A DNA stretch of 64,000 bases, counting the filler, from Octopus bimaculoides (taxonomy: Eukaryota): NCBI RefSeq assembly GCF_001194135.2. It is 9 parts of 9 records of this genome, joined end to end, with 100 filler letters (N's around TTAATTAATTAA, not from the genome) between each part and the next. Parts side by side here need not be neighbours in the genome. Positions count along the whole stretch, not along the records: positions 51,362 to 60,394 come from NC_068982.1; positions 60,495 to 61,973 come from NW_026343023.1; positions 62,074 to 64,000 come from NC_068992.1; 6 more parts are not named here. One strand, given 5' to 3'. A model generated the notes under the pieces. That model was not told the origin of the DNA and did not search any database. It worked only from the letters and a program-made list of their open reading frames with translations. Both the position numbers and the translations under genes were made by a program. Shown piece after piece: positions 53,835-64,000 of this stretch. The number at the start of each line of letters is the position of its first letter. Positions within the stretch are counted from its first letter, which is position 1.

Positions 53835-56473
53835 ACTTGGGCGATCATAAACCCTCGCAGCTTCTGTGCTGCACAAAGGAATTGGCCTAAAATGCACCTG
53901 TTGATAGTGTTATATTGAAAACTTTTTTTCTTGGTTGCCCTCAAAGGGAGATGACTGCCTTTGAACAAATAGCCTCCACCACTGACAGAATCATAGAGTA
54001 TACCGGCATCACCACTAAGCCGACCCTAGTACCATCAGATACCTTTGCACACCCACCAGTAGCGTCAGTTTCCACTGATAAGGACGTTGCCTTGGCTGCA
54101 ATCCTAAGGGCAATAATTGAATTAATGAAAGAAGTGCAGCTCCTTTGCACTTCCAGGTCACGTTCACTCAGAAGGCATTCTTTTTCATCACTCCTTCTCG
54201 CCTTGCCGTCGCTCATCCTGTGCTCATTCATCCATATGCTGGTACCTTGCCAACTTTGGAGCTTCAGCATGTAAGTGTACCCAACTCTGTACTTTTTCTT
54301 GACAGGAAAATGACCACCCAGAGAATTGAGCAGAGTACATTCTCTGCAGCAGCCAACTGTGCATTTTTCATAACAGACCAGATATCTTATGCCCACTGCC
54401 TCATAGATACAGGTGCTGCCTGCAGTATCTGGGCATTAAAACTCCCCGCAGATAAACCGGTGTTATCACCAGTCACTCTACGGGCGGTGAACCATTTACT
54501 GAGTCCAACTTTCGGCCAGATATCTCATTCATTGGATTTAGATCTCGTTCATTGACTTCAAGTGGATTTTACAGTTGCAGATCTCCCTTACCCAATATTA
54601 GTGCAGACTTTTTGCACCACTTCCACCTGTTTGTGGACATGTACACTCGGCACTTATGCGACACAACCGCAGAACTTTCTATCACAGGTAAAAAGCCACT
54701 AACCATAGGGGTTAGTCCAGTCTTTTTCATTGTTGCGACAGACGACCCATACCATGCACTCTTAAACTCAAATCTGGAGCTGACTGACCTAAAGTTTTTT
54801 ACTGCTGTTCCAACTCACACCACCACCCATTTCATTGAAACTAAAGGAGCTCTGGTTTTTTCTCGCCCTTGCCACCTCTCCTCTGAGAAGCTAAAGGCAG
54901 TCAAGAGAGAATTTAACCACATGCTCCAGTTGGACATCATCCACCCCTCTAATAGCCCCTGGGTGTCGCCCTTGCACATAGTTCCAAAATGTTCCAGGGA
55001 CTGGCGACCCACTGGTGACTACAGGAAATTAAACTCCATCACAGCACCAGATAGGTACCCAATTGCCCACATTCAGGATTTTTTGTCATCTCTCCACGAC
55101 TGCTGAGTTTTCACAAAACTGGACTTGGTAAAGGCATACCATCAAATTCCTGTGAATCCAGAGGATGTTCCAAAGACTGCTGTAACTACTCCTTTTGGTG
55201 CCTTCGAATTCCTAACTATGCCATTTGGTTTACAGAATTCAGCCAGCACATTTCAACGGTTCATAGATGAAGTCATCCATGACTTAGACTTCGTCTATAC
55301 ATACATTGACGACATCTTGATAGCTAGCGCCTCATCTGAGGAACATCTCCATCATTTACATCAGCTGTTTGAGTGGTTCAAGAGTTAACAAGTGCAGATC
55401 AACCCTACCAAATGTGTTTTCGGCACACCTTCTTTGACCGCCCTAAGTCACATCATCAGCCCCGAAGGCATATCACCACTACCTGACAAGGAAGCCATTG
55501 TAGGAGTTACCTCCACCCATCTTGTCACATCAGTTCTGACATTTCTTGGCACTATTGAATTTCTATCAGCGCTTTGTTTCTCATTTAAATGAAATGCTAT
55601 ATCTGCTAAACATGCTCCTTTGGAATAGCAAAAAGAAGAGTGAGATGATAGCTTTGGACTCCACCAAACTCAACTCCTTCAACACAGCAAAGCAGCAACT
55701 TGCTCAGGCATCACTTCTTGCCCACCCTGTTGCAGACGCTCAGCTATCCCTTGTAATAGATGCAGCCAACACTGCCATAGGCACAGTGTTACAACAATTT
55801 CACCAGCAACAGCTCCAGCCCCTTGCCTTTTTCTCTTGACAGCTTAAACCAGCTGAAACTCTCTACAGCATTTTCGGACGGGAGCTTTTAGCTATGTATT
55901 TAGCAGTCAAGCATTTCCAGCACACTCCAGGGATGCCAATTCATGATTTTTACAGACCACCAGCCACTCACCCTGCATTTGAAGCCTGACAAGTACTCTC
56001 TGCAGGAAACCAGGCACTTGGATTGCATTTCCCAATTTACTGCCAGCATCTGCCATATCTCTAGTGTAGATAATACTGCAGCAGACACATTACCACACCT
56101 ACCACTGAGTTCACTATTGTCACCCACAGACATCGACTGGCATCTCCTGGCTCAAGATCAACCTTGCTTAGAGACAATTGATATATCCTTACCCTTTGCT
56201 ATATGCAACTTCAAGTACTTCCTAGTACCCACATCTGACACAGATTTTGTGCAATACTTCCATGAATTCTCATCCTTTTGTTCCAGAGACCCACAGAAAA
56301 ACAGTCTTCAACACACTGCATTGGTGATGTAGCTAGCCTCGCTTTGATACACTAGCCTTGCATTGATACAGTAGCCTCGTTCTGAGCTACACAGTAGAAG
56401 CGATCTCAGTTCCTGCCAGGCCTTGGTCAAAGACACATCTCCCATGTGTGTTACATGTCTATTCACCTCGACA
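53835..56473 (+). mobile_element. Decayed Ty3/Gypsy LTR retrotransposon: partial gag, protease, RT, RNase H; integrase deleted
   Basis: gag LGDHKPSQLL and CWYLANFGASACKC; protease LIDTGA; [52 protein letters not shown]; RNase H IDAANTAIGTVLQQ, RELLAMY, FTDHQPL; RPFVPETHRKTVFNTLH, after which homology stops. Multiple stops and frameshifts. Confidence 0.95.
56328..56473 (+). repeat. Putative 3' LTR of the Gypsy element (146 bp, TGT...ACA)
   Basis: Begins TGTAGC after GGTGA (a PPT-like remnant) and ends CCTCGACA. No second copy is visible to confirm it. Confidence 0.42.
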
Positions 56474-56957
56474 CAAGATATATGGTTTCTAAATGAAGAT
56501 ATTTTATCACACACACACATTCTCAAAATGACTGTTCGCATTACACACAAGCATACATACTGTAATAGAAATATTATGTGTTACCTCTTTCACTGCAAAA
56601 GCAAAAATCAAAACTTTCTTTGTATGTAAACACACATGTTTTTGTATCATACCACATGCTTCCAGCACAAAAGATGAACACAGAATAAACAATATATTTA
56701 TACACAAAAATGTTTTATGGTGATTCATACGAACTGTTTTTCCATTTATTAACACCCACTTGAACAACCAACAACTGTTATACTCTGTAATAATTTCTCT
56801 AATATTCCCAGTTGACAATTCAAAAAGCATTGCCGTATTTCTAATTTTAATGATTCACATACAGATCATCGCTGAAGAAGCAGACCTATGATCATAAGCA
56901 TTGCAGATGTGCTAACCTCATAATTTTTCATTTTTGCTTCACACATATTCTATTTAG

Positions 56958-56997
56958 ATCTACACCTTTAGATGATTTCTTTGATGGTTTTGAAATG
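56958..56997 (+). CDS. Candidate 40-nt exon (xSTPLDDFFDGFEM)
   Basis: Acceptor TTCTATTTAG (alternative CCTTTAG at 56971), donor ATG|GTAAAC, followed by a 73-nt GT-AG intron. Confidence 0.22.
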
Positions 56998-57070
56998 GTA
57001 AACTGTAATCTGTATTTTCGCTGCTATTTTTAGCATGTTGAGTCACTATGTAAGCTATTTTGTTAACTAG

Positions 57071-57088
57071 GAAACTTTCACACGATGA
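57071..57088 (+). CDS. Candidate terminal coding part (ETFTR*) of an exon at 57071-57113
   Basis: Acceptor TTTTGTTAACTAG; strong donor TTG|GTAAGT at 57114. Confidence 0.2.
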   Translation, partial: ETFTR

Positions 57089-57700
57089 ATATGGCTGAAC
57101 TAAAAATGAATTGGTAAGTTTTAGCAATACATGGATAAATAAATTAGCATTTAATTGGGAAACTACAAACGAGATAAGATATTACCAGTTTGCAAAACTG
57201 AAACAGTGCAATGAATGCCACTATTAATAAATGTAAGAAATGTATTGTAATGCATTATAATATTCTTGCTATCTAACACCATAGTGTGTATAAATGGATG
57301 CAAGGGCTGTTCATTTACAGACGTTGCATTCATTTCAAATGCTCCTTGATGCAAGCATAGTATTCCCTATTTTCTAATTGGAACCAGACGGGTTCTTACG
57401 ATCCAAAAGAAGCCCAAGGGATAAATCTCTTGTCCTCCTCTGTTGGGCAACAAATAAATGGTCTAAGGGGTATGACCCATAGTCACTGACCCCCAGACTA
57501 TTTTTCGTCCATTACTAGCTGACCAAATGGCCGTAATGGATTCCTATCTCCCACAGGCGAAGAGTTATATTTGTTTTTGACTTTAGAGTCTGATGAGACG
57601 TTCGCATGGCTATGGCCTTTGTGGATGGCTAGATGGATACACTAACAGACAGATGTATATGTATATATACATAAACAAGATACGCTTATACTTGTATTCA

Positions 57701-57740
<40 letters not shown>

Positions 57741-58649
57741 GGAGTAGAGAGAGATGTCAAAATTTATACTGACCTCCAGTGGGTATATAAGGTATACTTG
57801 TTGTAACTCCTGTAATGAAAAGAAGGAAAGTTTATTCATAAAGTAAATTAATTGGATATTACATTTAAATCATAGAGTTTAAAAATATATTAAATTGTTT
57901 TGTAGTAGGATATTGAAAAAAAAAAAAAAACTATTTGTTTAGTTGAAAGAAATGAATTGTTTTTCTGAAAGTTTTTAGGTGCATAGTGGAGTAAAACGAA
58001 TTGAATATGTGTATGCAGAATTATCTTGTACTAAAATAATGAGGTTTGAAAGCTTGAAAGCTAACATTTCATACTGAACCAGTAAATATAAAGAAATTGC
58101 AATCTTAATAATATATTGATAACCTATTATGTAAATCAATGTTTATGAGTTCATTTCTATTAGAAAAATTTTACAAAACTGTTACATGGTGCTAAAATCA
58201 GGTGAACCAGGTTTGTGAAACCTTATGTGCTTAAACGCTCTAAGTTTGGATTGTGGAAATGCAAAAACATTACTTGGGGAAGCTGTATGCTAGATTTCAT
58301 AATGTTTGAAGACGGTGATATTGGATGTCCTGTGGTATGTTGGATTGTTTAATGACATAAGTAAAATGTACCCTACTTCATTATACTTATGTCATAACTG
58401 CCTGAGCTAACGTGTACAGGATAAAATGCCACCATAATGTCCTTTAGATTGCCCTAGCTTTTTCACTCAACATGAATCCATGCACATGAATGCTTTCTTT
58501 TGATCAGTAGTTAAGCATTTGACACTTGACCATAAATATAAGACATTATTCAATAAGCATGACATAAAAGTGTCATTATTTCACAACAGCTATGGGATAA
58601 CCAAAGCATTGCAAGTAGATATGGAAGAGGGAGATTGAAAGCAGCTCAC

Positions 58650-59110
58650 CTTTTTAGATAAATCTTTATATATTACTTTTATTCCAAACAGTAGCCTTTC
58701 TCTCCGGGACACATTTGTAGCATATGGCTTGCAATACAGATATGAATTGTTTAAGTATCATGTCGATGTCCGGTGAGGAGAGACATTTAGGCCAGCTTTG
58801 TTTGAGGATCTCTTTCTCAATTTGTTTCCAGTTTGCCTTATGGAAGTTCAAATTGGAAAGTTTCTGAGAGTTCTTCTAGGCTGCATGTCTATGGTTTCCT
58901 TTGGTCCATACATGGTCAGCTCTACCATGTTGTTATCCGAGAGTAGCGTCGGTGTCACTTTCACATGATGAATGAGATCCATATTATTTGTGAAGCAGAG
59001 ATCCAGTATGTTACCTGCCCTGGTTGGAGAGAGTGCTCGGGCCATCTGACATTGGGCAGATTGAAGTCTCTCATAAGAAGTACACTTATGTGTTGTTCTA
59101 ATGTGACTAG
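58650..59110 (-). mobile_element. CR1/L2-type LINE fragment: APE endonuclease C-terminus and linker
   Basis: RDFNLPNVRW (GDFN), PTRAGNILDLCFTNN, LLSDNNMV (SDH equivalent) and NFHKANWKQI. Confidence 0.82.
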
Positions 59111-60515
59111 AACTTCTATTTTAACTTTATACAATAAGACAATATTGTTTGAAATGTTCTTTAGAAATTACTTGATTTATCTCTTTCTTAAATGGCTCTA
59201 CCAACCTGATCTTAGTATTCTATAAGGACCTTTGTATAAATAACCCTTCTAAACAAGTACCACTAAGAAACTATAAATATCATGTAGGGAGTAACAATAA
59301 TAACTTCTTTAACATATAATATAACCCTTAGTTTATATAGAGAAAGATTAGTGTAAAATATAAATGTTCCATAACTTAAATATTCCTTTAACTGATATCA
59401 GACATCAGTCTTTTATTGATATTAGCTAAATAAGTAAATATATAATTTTTAGTCTAACATATTTTGAATTATTATATTTTTTCTATAAATCTTCTCTATT
59501 AGTGTTAATAAGCTACACATACTTTACCATAATATTAGTAATTAAGCTATGATGTTCTGCCCTACTTGGTAATTTTATTTCATTTCTTTATTATTTTATA
59601 ATTAGCCTTTATTTATTCATAAAATTAAGCTAACCTTTGTATCTCTATAAATTCATACTTAGCTTATATTAAACTATACTGGTATATTCACTACTTATAA
59701 AAAAGACTGCTTAGATTATAATTTTATTAATATATAATTAGAATGTTGTTTTACGTAAATACCAGTATATACCAATTAATCAATATTCACAGATACCATC
59801 TGATGAGTTAGTATTTAAGTGTACAATATGTATAAATATTAAACTATTTCTGTATAATTTCTTTTCGTCCCTCTATTGTGGTAAAAGTTTGGTATATACT
59901 CAAAAATATTCATAAATTTCTCTCCTTTTGTTATAATATTCTTCTTAATAATCCACTGAGTAGCCCTAACCTTTAACTGTATACAATATAGCAACATTGT
60001 TTTAAACATTTAACTATAGTACTACATGATAAGACTCCCCCTGTTTCATTAACAATGGTCTGCTAGCAGGCGACCCCCTTAGTTGCCAGCTAACATCTTG
60101 TTTTAAAGTTTTCCTTTACCAAACCTCATGATATTGCTTCTAATAAATCTTGATATTTATGACTATACCAACAATGATTTCTGTCTGCTCTCTCAGCCCT
60201 ACCCCTAACAGATACTGACCTTTATTCTCTCAGCCTTACATATACATGGATTTGATAAACTAGTCTATAAATTAAAACTGACCCCATAAAAACAAATAAA
60301 ATCAGTGACAGGCAGAGTCTTCTTGATAATTTAGTAACTTCTATGCTGAAGTTGAGACATGTTCTTTGCCTATATATGCATATATATATATATANNNNNN
60401 NNNNNNNNNNNNNNNNNNNNNNNNNNNNNNNNNNNNNNTTAATTAATTAANNNNNNNNNNNNNNNNNNNNNNNNNNNNNNNNNNNNNNNNNNNNATATAT
60501 ATATATATATATATA

Positions 60516-61075
60516 CTTGCAGTATAACCCGACATTGTCTGGGTGTTACTTATTACGCCATCTACGATATGTCTTGCTAGGTGAAAATCAACTAAAAAAG
60601 AAAGCCTTACAACGAAAAAACACTTATGGTGTTAATATGTTCATAATTCAAAAGACGATGAAATTAATAGGGAAGGTCTGAAGGCTGTTTTGCATAACAT
60701 TATTAAGTGTACGTAAATTTCTTCCGTCTAATGGGCTGTATAAATGTTTGTGCAATACAACTTTTTGCACTGCCCTGATTATACATAGCAGGGTAATCCC
60801 TTTTCGCAGGAGCTAGGATGGAAATTTCTGATGAAGCAATTGTTGGCGATCTGTTGCTACATAGTTCTGCTAGAATTCTATCAGATTGGGCAGTAGATGT
60901 TGATGCACCATTTTGCATTATGTTCAAAGTAGCTTCTGGAGTGTGGTGAATTGCTGCATTCTGTTGCTGTCTTTTTAAACCGGTTGCTTTCTTTCCCCAG
61001 CAAGCTCTCTTCTTTGGAGACATAGTCTATGTACATATTAAACAGAACAACAAAAGTTATAACAGATGGCAGGGT
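60516..61075 (-). mobile_element. Probable non-autonomous Helitron remnant
   Basis: The minus-strand 3' end reads CCCAGACAATGTCGGG (hairpin) then TTATACTGCAAG|T, one change from CTAG|T. The 106-aa ORF 60703-61023 begins MSPKKRACWGKK, reminiscent of the basic N-termini of animal Helitron Rep/Hel proteins. Confidence 0.42.
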
Positions 61076-61093
61076 CGGTAGTTTTCACATTTC

Positions 61094-61257
61094 GGTAATT
61101 TTTCAGATTAACACCCGCACGATTACCTAACTCTAACCCTAAAACCATAACGCTGACCCTAAAACTGTAACCATAACACTAATCCTAACCCTAACCCTAA
61201 AACCCTAACCCTAACACCCTAGTGAAAATCGTGCAGGTGTTAATCAGAAAAATTACC
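61094..61257. mobile_element. 164-bp MITE with 31-bp TIRs (5'-GGTAAT), 8-bp TSD and a telomere-like CCCTAA interior; Merlin-like
   Basis: TIRs at 61094-61124 and 61227-61257 differ at 2 of 31 positions. CACATTTC flanks both ends (61086-61093 and 61258-61265). Confidence 0.8.
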
Positions 61258-61526
61258 CACATTTCTAATGAAGTTCACTGATTTTGCAATGTGTTGTCCT
61301 GTCGGTCAAACTAAAGCGTTTGACCCGGTGACAAAAATAATAAAAAAATTAGTCTAATAGGTGTAAAACAACTTGCTGGGAACGAATATGAAGAAAAAAA
61401 TGCGTGCTCGCAAACGGGGGAGGTGTCGGTGGTGAGAGTGTTCGGAATATTCACATTGTGAATGTTCCGAGATGCCTCACCGGAGCCAAGAAACATAAGA
61501 ATAATAGTGTAATAGATGTAAAACGA

Positions 61527-61660
61527 CTAAAACCCTAAACCCTAACCCTAAAACCCTAACCCTGACCCTAAAACCATAACCGTAACACTAATCATGACCC
61601 TAACTGTAACCCTAACCCTGACCCTAAAATCCTAACCCTAACACCCTAGTGAAAATCGTG
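61527..61660. repeat. Second, truncated copy of the CCCTAA-rich MITE
   Basis: Degenerate CCCTAA(A) array ending CCCTAACACCCTAGTGAAAATCGTG, identical to the end of the first copy's interior. Confidence 0.75.
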
Positions 61661-62073
61661 GTATATTTACAAAACATTGACGAACATGAGTTATATTTTG
61701 CTGAATGATTGTGTACTTGCACGTGTATGCGTTTGAGAGAACGAGAGAGAAAGAGGTAGAGAGAGGGGGAGAAAGGAATAGAGGTAGTCAAAATTTTCTT
61801 ATGACGGCTTCTCTTCACTGCCTATTACTTCATTAGAAATCTACGGATGCACATAAGCATATAGAGAAAAATGAAACAAATATGGACGACTTGCTCCGAA
61901 ACACCACCGAGTGAGAAACACTCCTCAAAAATAACCTACAGTTGTTTCCTTCAAAATTCCTACATGCTTGAAANNNNNNNNNNNNNNNNNNNNNNNNNNN
62001 NNNNNNNNNNNNNNNNNTTAATTAATTAANNNNNNNNNNNNNNNNNNNNNNNNNNNNNNNNNNNNNNNNNNNN

Positions 62074-62118
<45 letters not shown>

Positions 62119-62342
62119 GTATATATATATATGTGCGTTTGTATTTATATATATGTATATATATGTGTGTGTATATATATATGTATATATATGTGTATGT
62201 CTGTATGTCTGTATGCTTCATGTATACATATGCACACACGCAAATATGAATGAAATTGAGAATTTAAAAAAAGAAATAAAACTCACTCGATTTCTTTTGT
62301 AATTATAGTTTTCCTCGCTTACTCGTGGTAACAGTAGTAGTA

Positions 62343-62382
<40 letters not shown>

Positions 62383-62385
62383 ATT

Positions 62386-62416
<31 letters not shown>

Positions 62417-62671
62417 AGTGGTGTTGGCGGTGTTGGTCACTGTTACCGGTATTATTTTTGTTGTTGTCGTTGATAGTTGCTTGCTTTACTCGGGGGTTTC
62501 ACTTTTTTAAAATTTTTATTTGTGTTATTATTTTTTGTATAGGTGTTTATTGTTGTTGCTGCTGTTGTCGCGTGCGTACGTGCGTGTTACGCGTGCCTCT
62601 GCGTACGCTTACGTAAATACACATATATTTATATATATATATATATATTTATGTATATACATATATATTTA

Positions 62672-62742
<71 letters not shown>

Positions 62743-63949
62743 GTGTGTAACAAATAACGTGTTGAGCGCATATGCATGTACACACATATAGTTATGTGTG
62801 CGTGCGCCTGTAAGTGAATCTGTTTGTGCGTATATTTATATATATTTTAATGTAATATGTCCCAGCTGTCCACTGTCCGTGTGTCCTTAATTTCATCTGG
62901 TCTGTTTAGTGTGTCCGAACAGTCTTTACTGCTTTTAAAGTTACCTTAACTATTTTTGCCTTGTTTTGGAATACTCTAAGCACACGCCTCTTTCAACGAG
63001 TTTTGTTGTAGTCCAGCAGCTGTTGCGGATCTGTTGAAGTTATTGGTGATGATGCTGCCAGTATTGGCGGTAGTTGTGGGTGGTTGTGTTGTTGACGGTA
63101 AGAGGGTGGTGATAGGGAAATTATGTGAAAGTGGGGGCGGGCTGTTAGTGGTTGTGGTGGAGGCGGCGGTGATGTTGGAGGTCTTGGCAGTGTTGGTGCT
63201 AGTGGATGGTGTGACTGTGATGGTGATGGTTGTGGGGCAGCGGTAGGGATTGCGAGATGATAACGACGGTGGGGTGGTGGTGGTGGTGGTAGTGGTTGTG
63301 GTACATGTGTGGAGGGTGGTTTTGGCATCGGTGTAGGTGTTGATGTTTGCTGGGTTGTTTCTTTAGGAGGTGTTTTGTGCCGGTGGTAGGGAATTATAGT
63401 GGGTGTAAGAGGTTGTATTGCGTTGATGCTGGGAGCGTTGGTAGTGATGGCCATTTGGAGAGAGCATATGGTATTAACACTGATAGTGTAGGGATGAGTG
63501 GGGTGCACGGAGTGAGGATGGTGCCGTGTTTGTAAGGGTAGTGGCGGCGATCGTAGTGACAGAGGGGTTAAAGGATGACCACAGTGGGCCCCGAAATCAA
63601 GGGCCTCCCCGGATCTACGGGTCCAATGCTAAATTATAAACGCTGTGTGGTTGCGTTTGTAGTGACCCCAGTGTAATGTTTGGGCCACTGGGATGGGTTG
63701 GTCCTAAATAGTGAAGGTCCAGTTGATTGAGAAGATGGTTGTGGTGGTGAGGGCTGTGGTAGTGGTGGTGGTTATGTGGATGAAGATATTTACAGGGATA
63801 GTGGTGTGAGTGACGGAAGTTCAGCAGCAATAGCAACAACAACAAAGAATAATGAGTTGAATTAAAAAGAAATTCAGTTCAAACAATGCAATTGGACGAG
63901 ATACACACAGACACACACATACACCCAAACACATACACACACGTGCACA

Positions 63950-64000
<51 letters not shown>
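63950..64000. repeat. (AC)n microsatellite running off the window
   Basis: Direct. Confidence 0.97.

Noticed and set aside
57586-57620. CTGATGAG motif (also at ~1985 and ~59800) as a hammerhead candidate
   Set aside because: No downstream stem II followed by GAAA.
61127-61220. CCCTAA arrays as a true telomere or chromosome-fusion scar
   Set aside because: They are short, degenerate and bounded by TIRs with a TSD, so they are element-internal.
6921-62029. Eight identical TTAATTAATTAA motifs that could be mistaken for a regularly spaced element or CRISPR-like repeat
   Set aside because: Each lies in the middle of a 100-nt N gap and stops all six frames, so it is an assembly spacer.
62990-63845. 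Pro/Thr/His-rich ORFs suggesting a mucin or extensin-like protein
   Set aside because: Degenerate GGT/GTT low-complexity sequence open in several frames on both strands, with no splice signals.

Overview
This window is gene-poor, very repeat-rich animal DNA with many N gaps. It is probably a cephalopod/Octopus scaffold, which I infer from the SINE families and the extreme microsatellite density. Almost all ORFs in the supplied track are microsatellite or N-gap artefacts. The supportable content is a graveyard of transposable elements. It includes at least three tRNA-derived SINE families, two decayed Tc1/mariner (DD37D/maT-like) elements, and a mariner remnant with inverted arms. Non-LTR elements comprise RTE-clade LINE fragments (one long, with a duplicated 3' end), an R4/Dong-like RLE-type fragment sitting in (TACA)n, and a CR1/L2-type endonuclease fragment. 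There is also a decayed Gypsy element (gag-PR-RT-RH, integrase deleted), a probable Helitron remnant, and a 164-bp GG-ended MITE with an 8-bp TSD filled with telomere-like CCCTAA repeats. A few short plus-strand exon candidates (10970, 50273, 56958, 57071) can be spliced in frame and may belong to a long-intron gene, but I cannot name a product. I see no tRNA, rRNA or CRISPR features and no clearly novel multi-gene system. The recurring TTAATTAATTAA inside 100-nt gaps is an assembly spacer.
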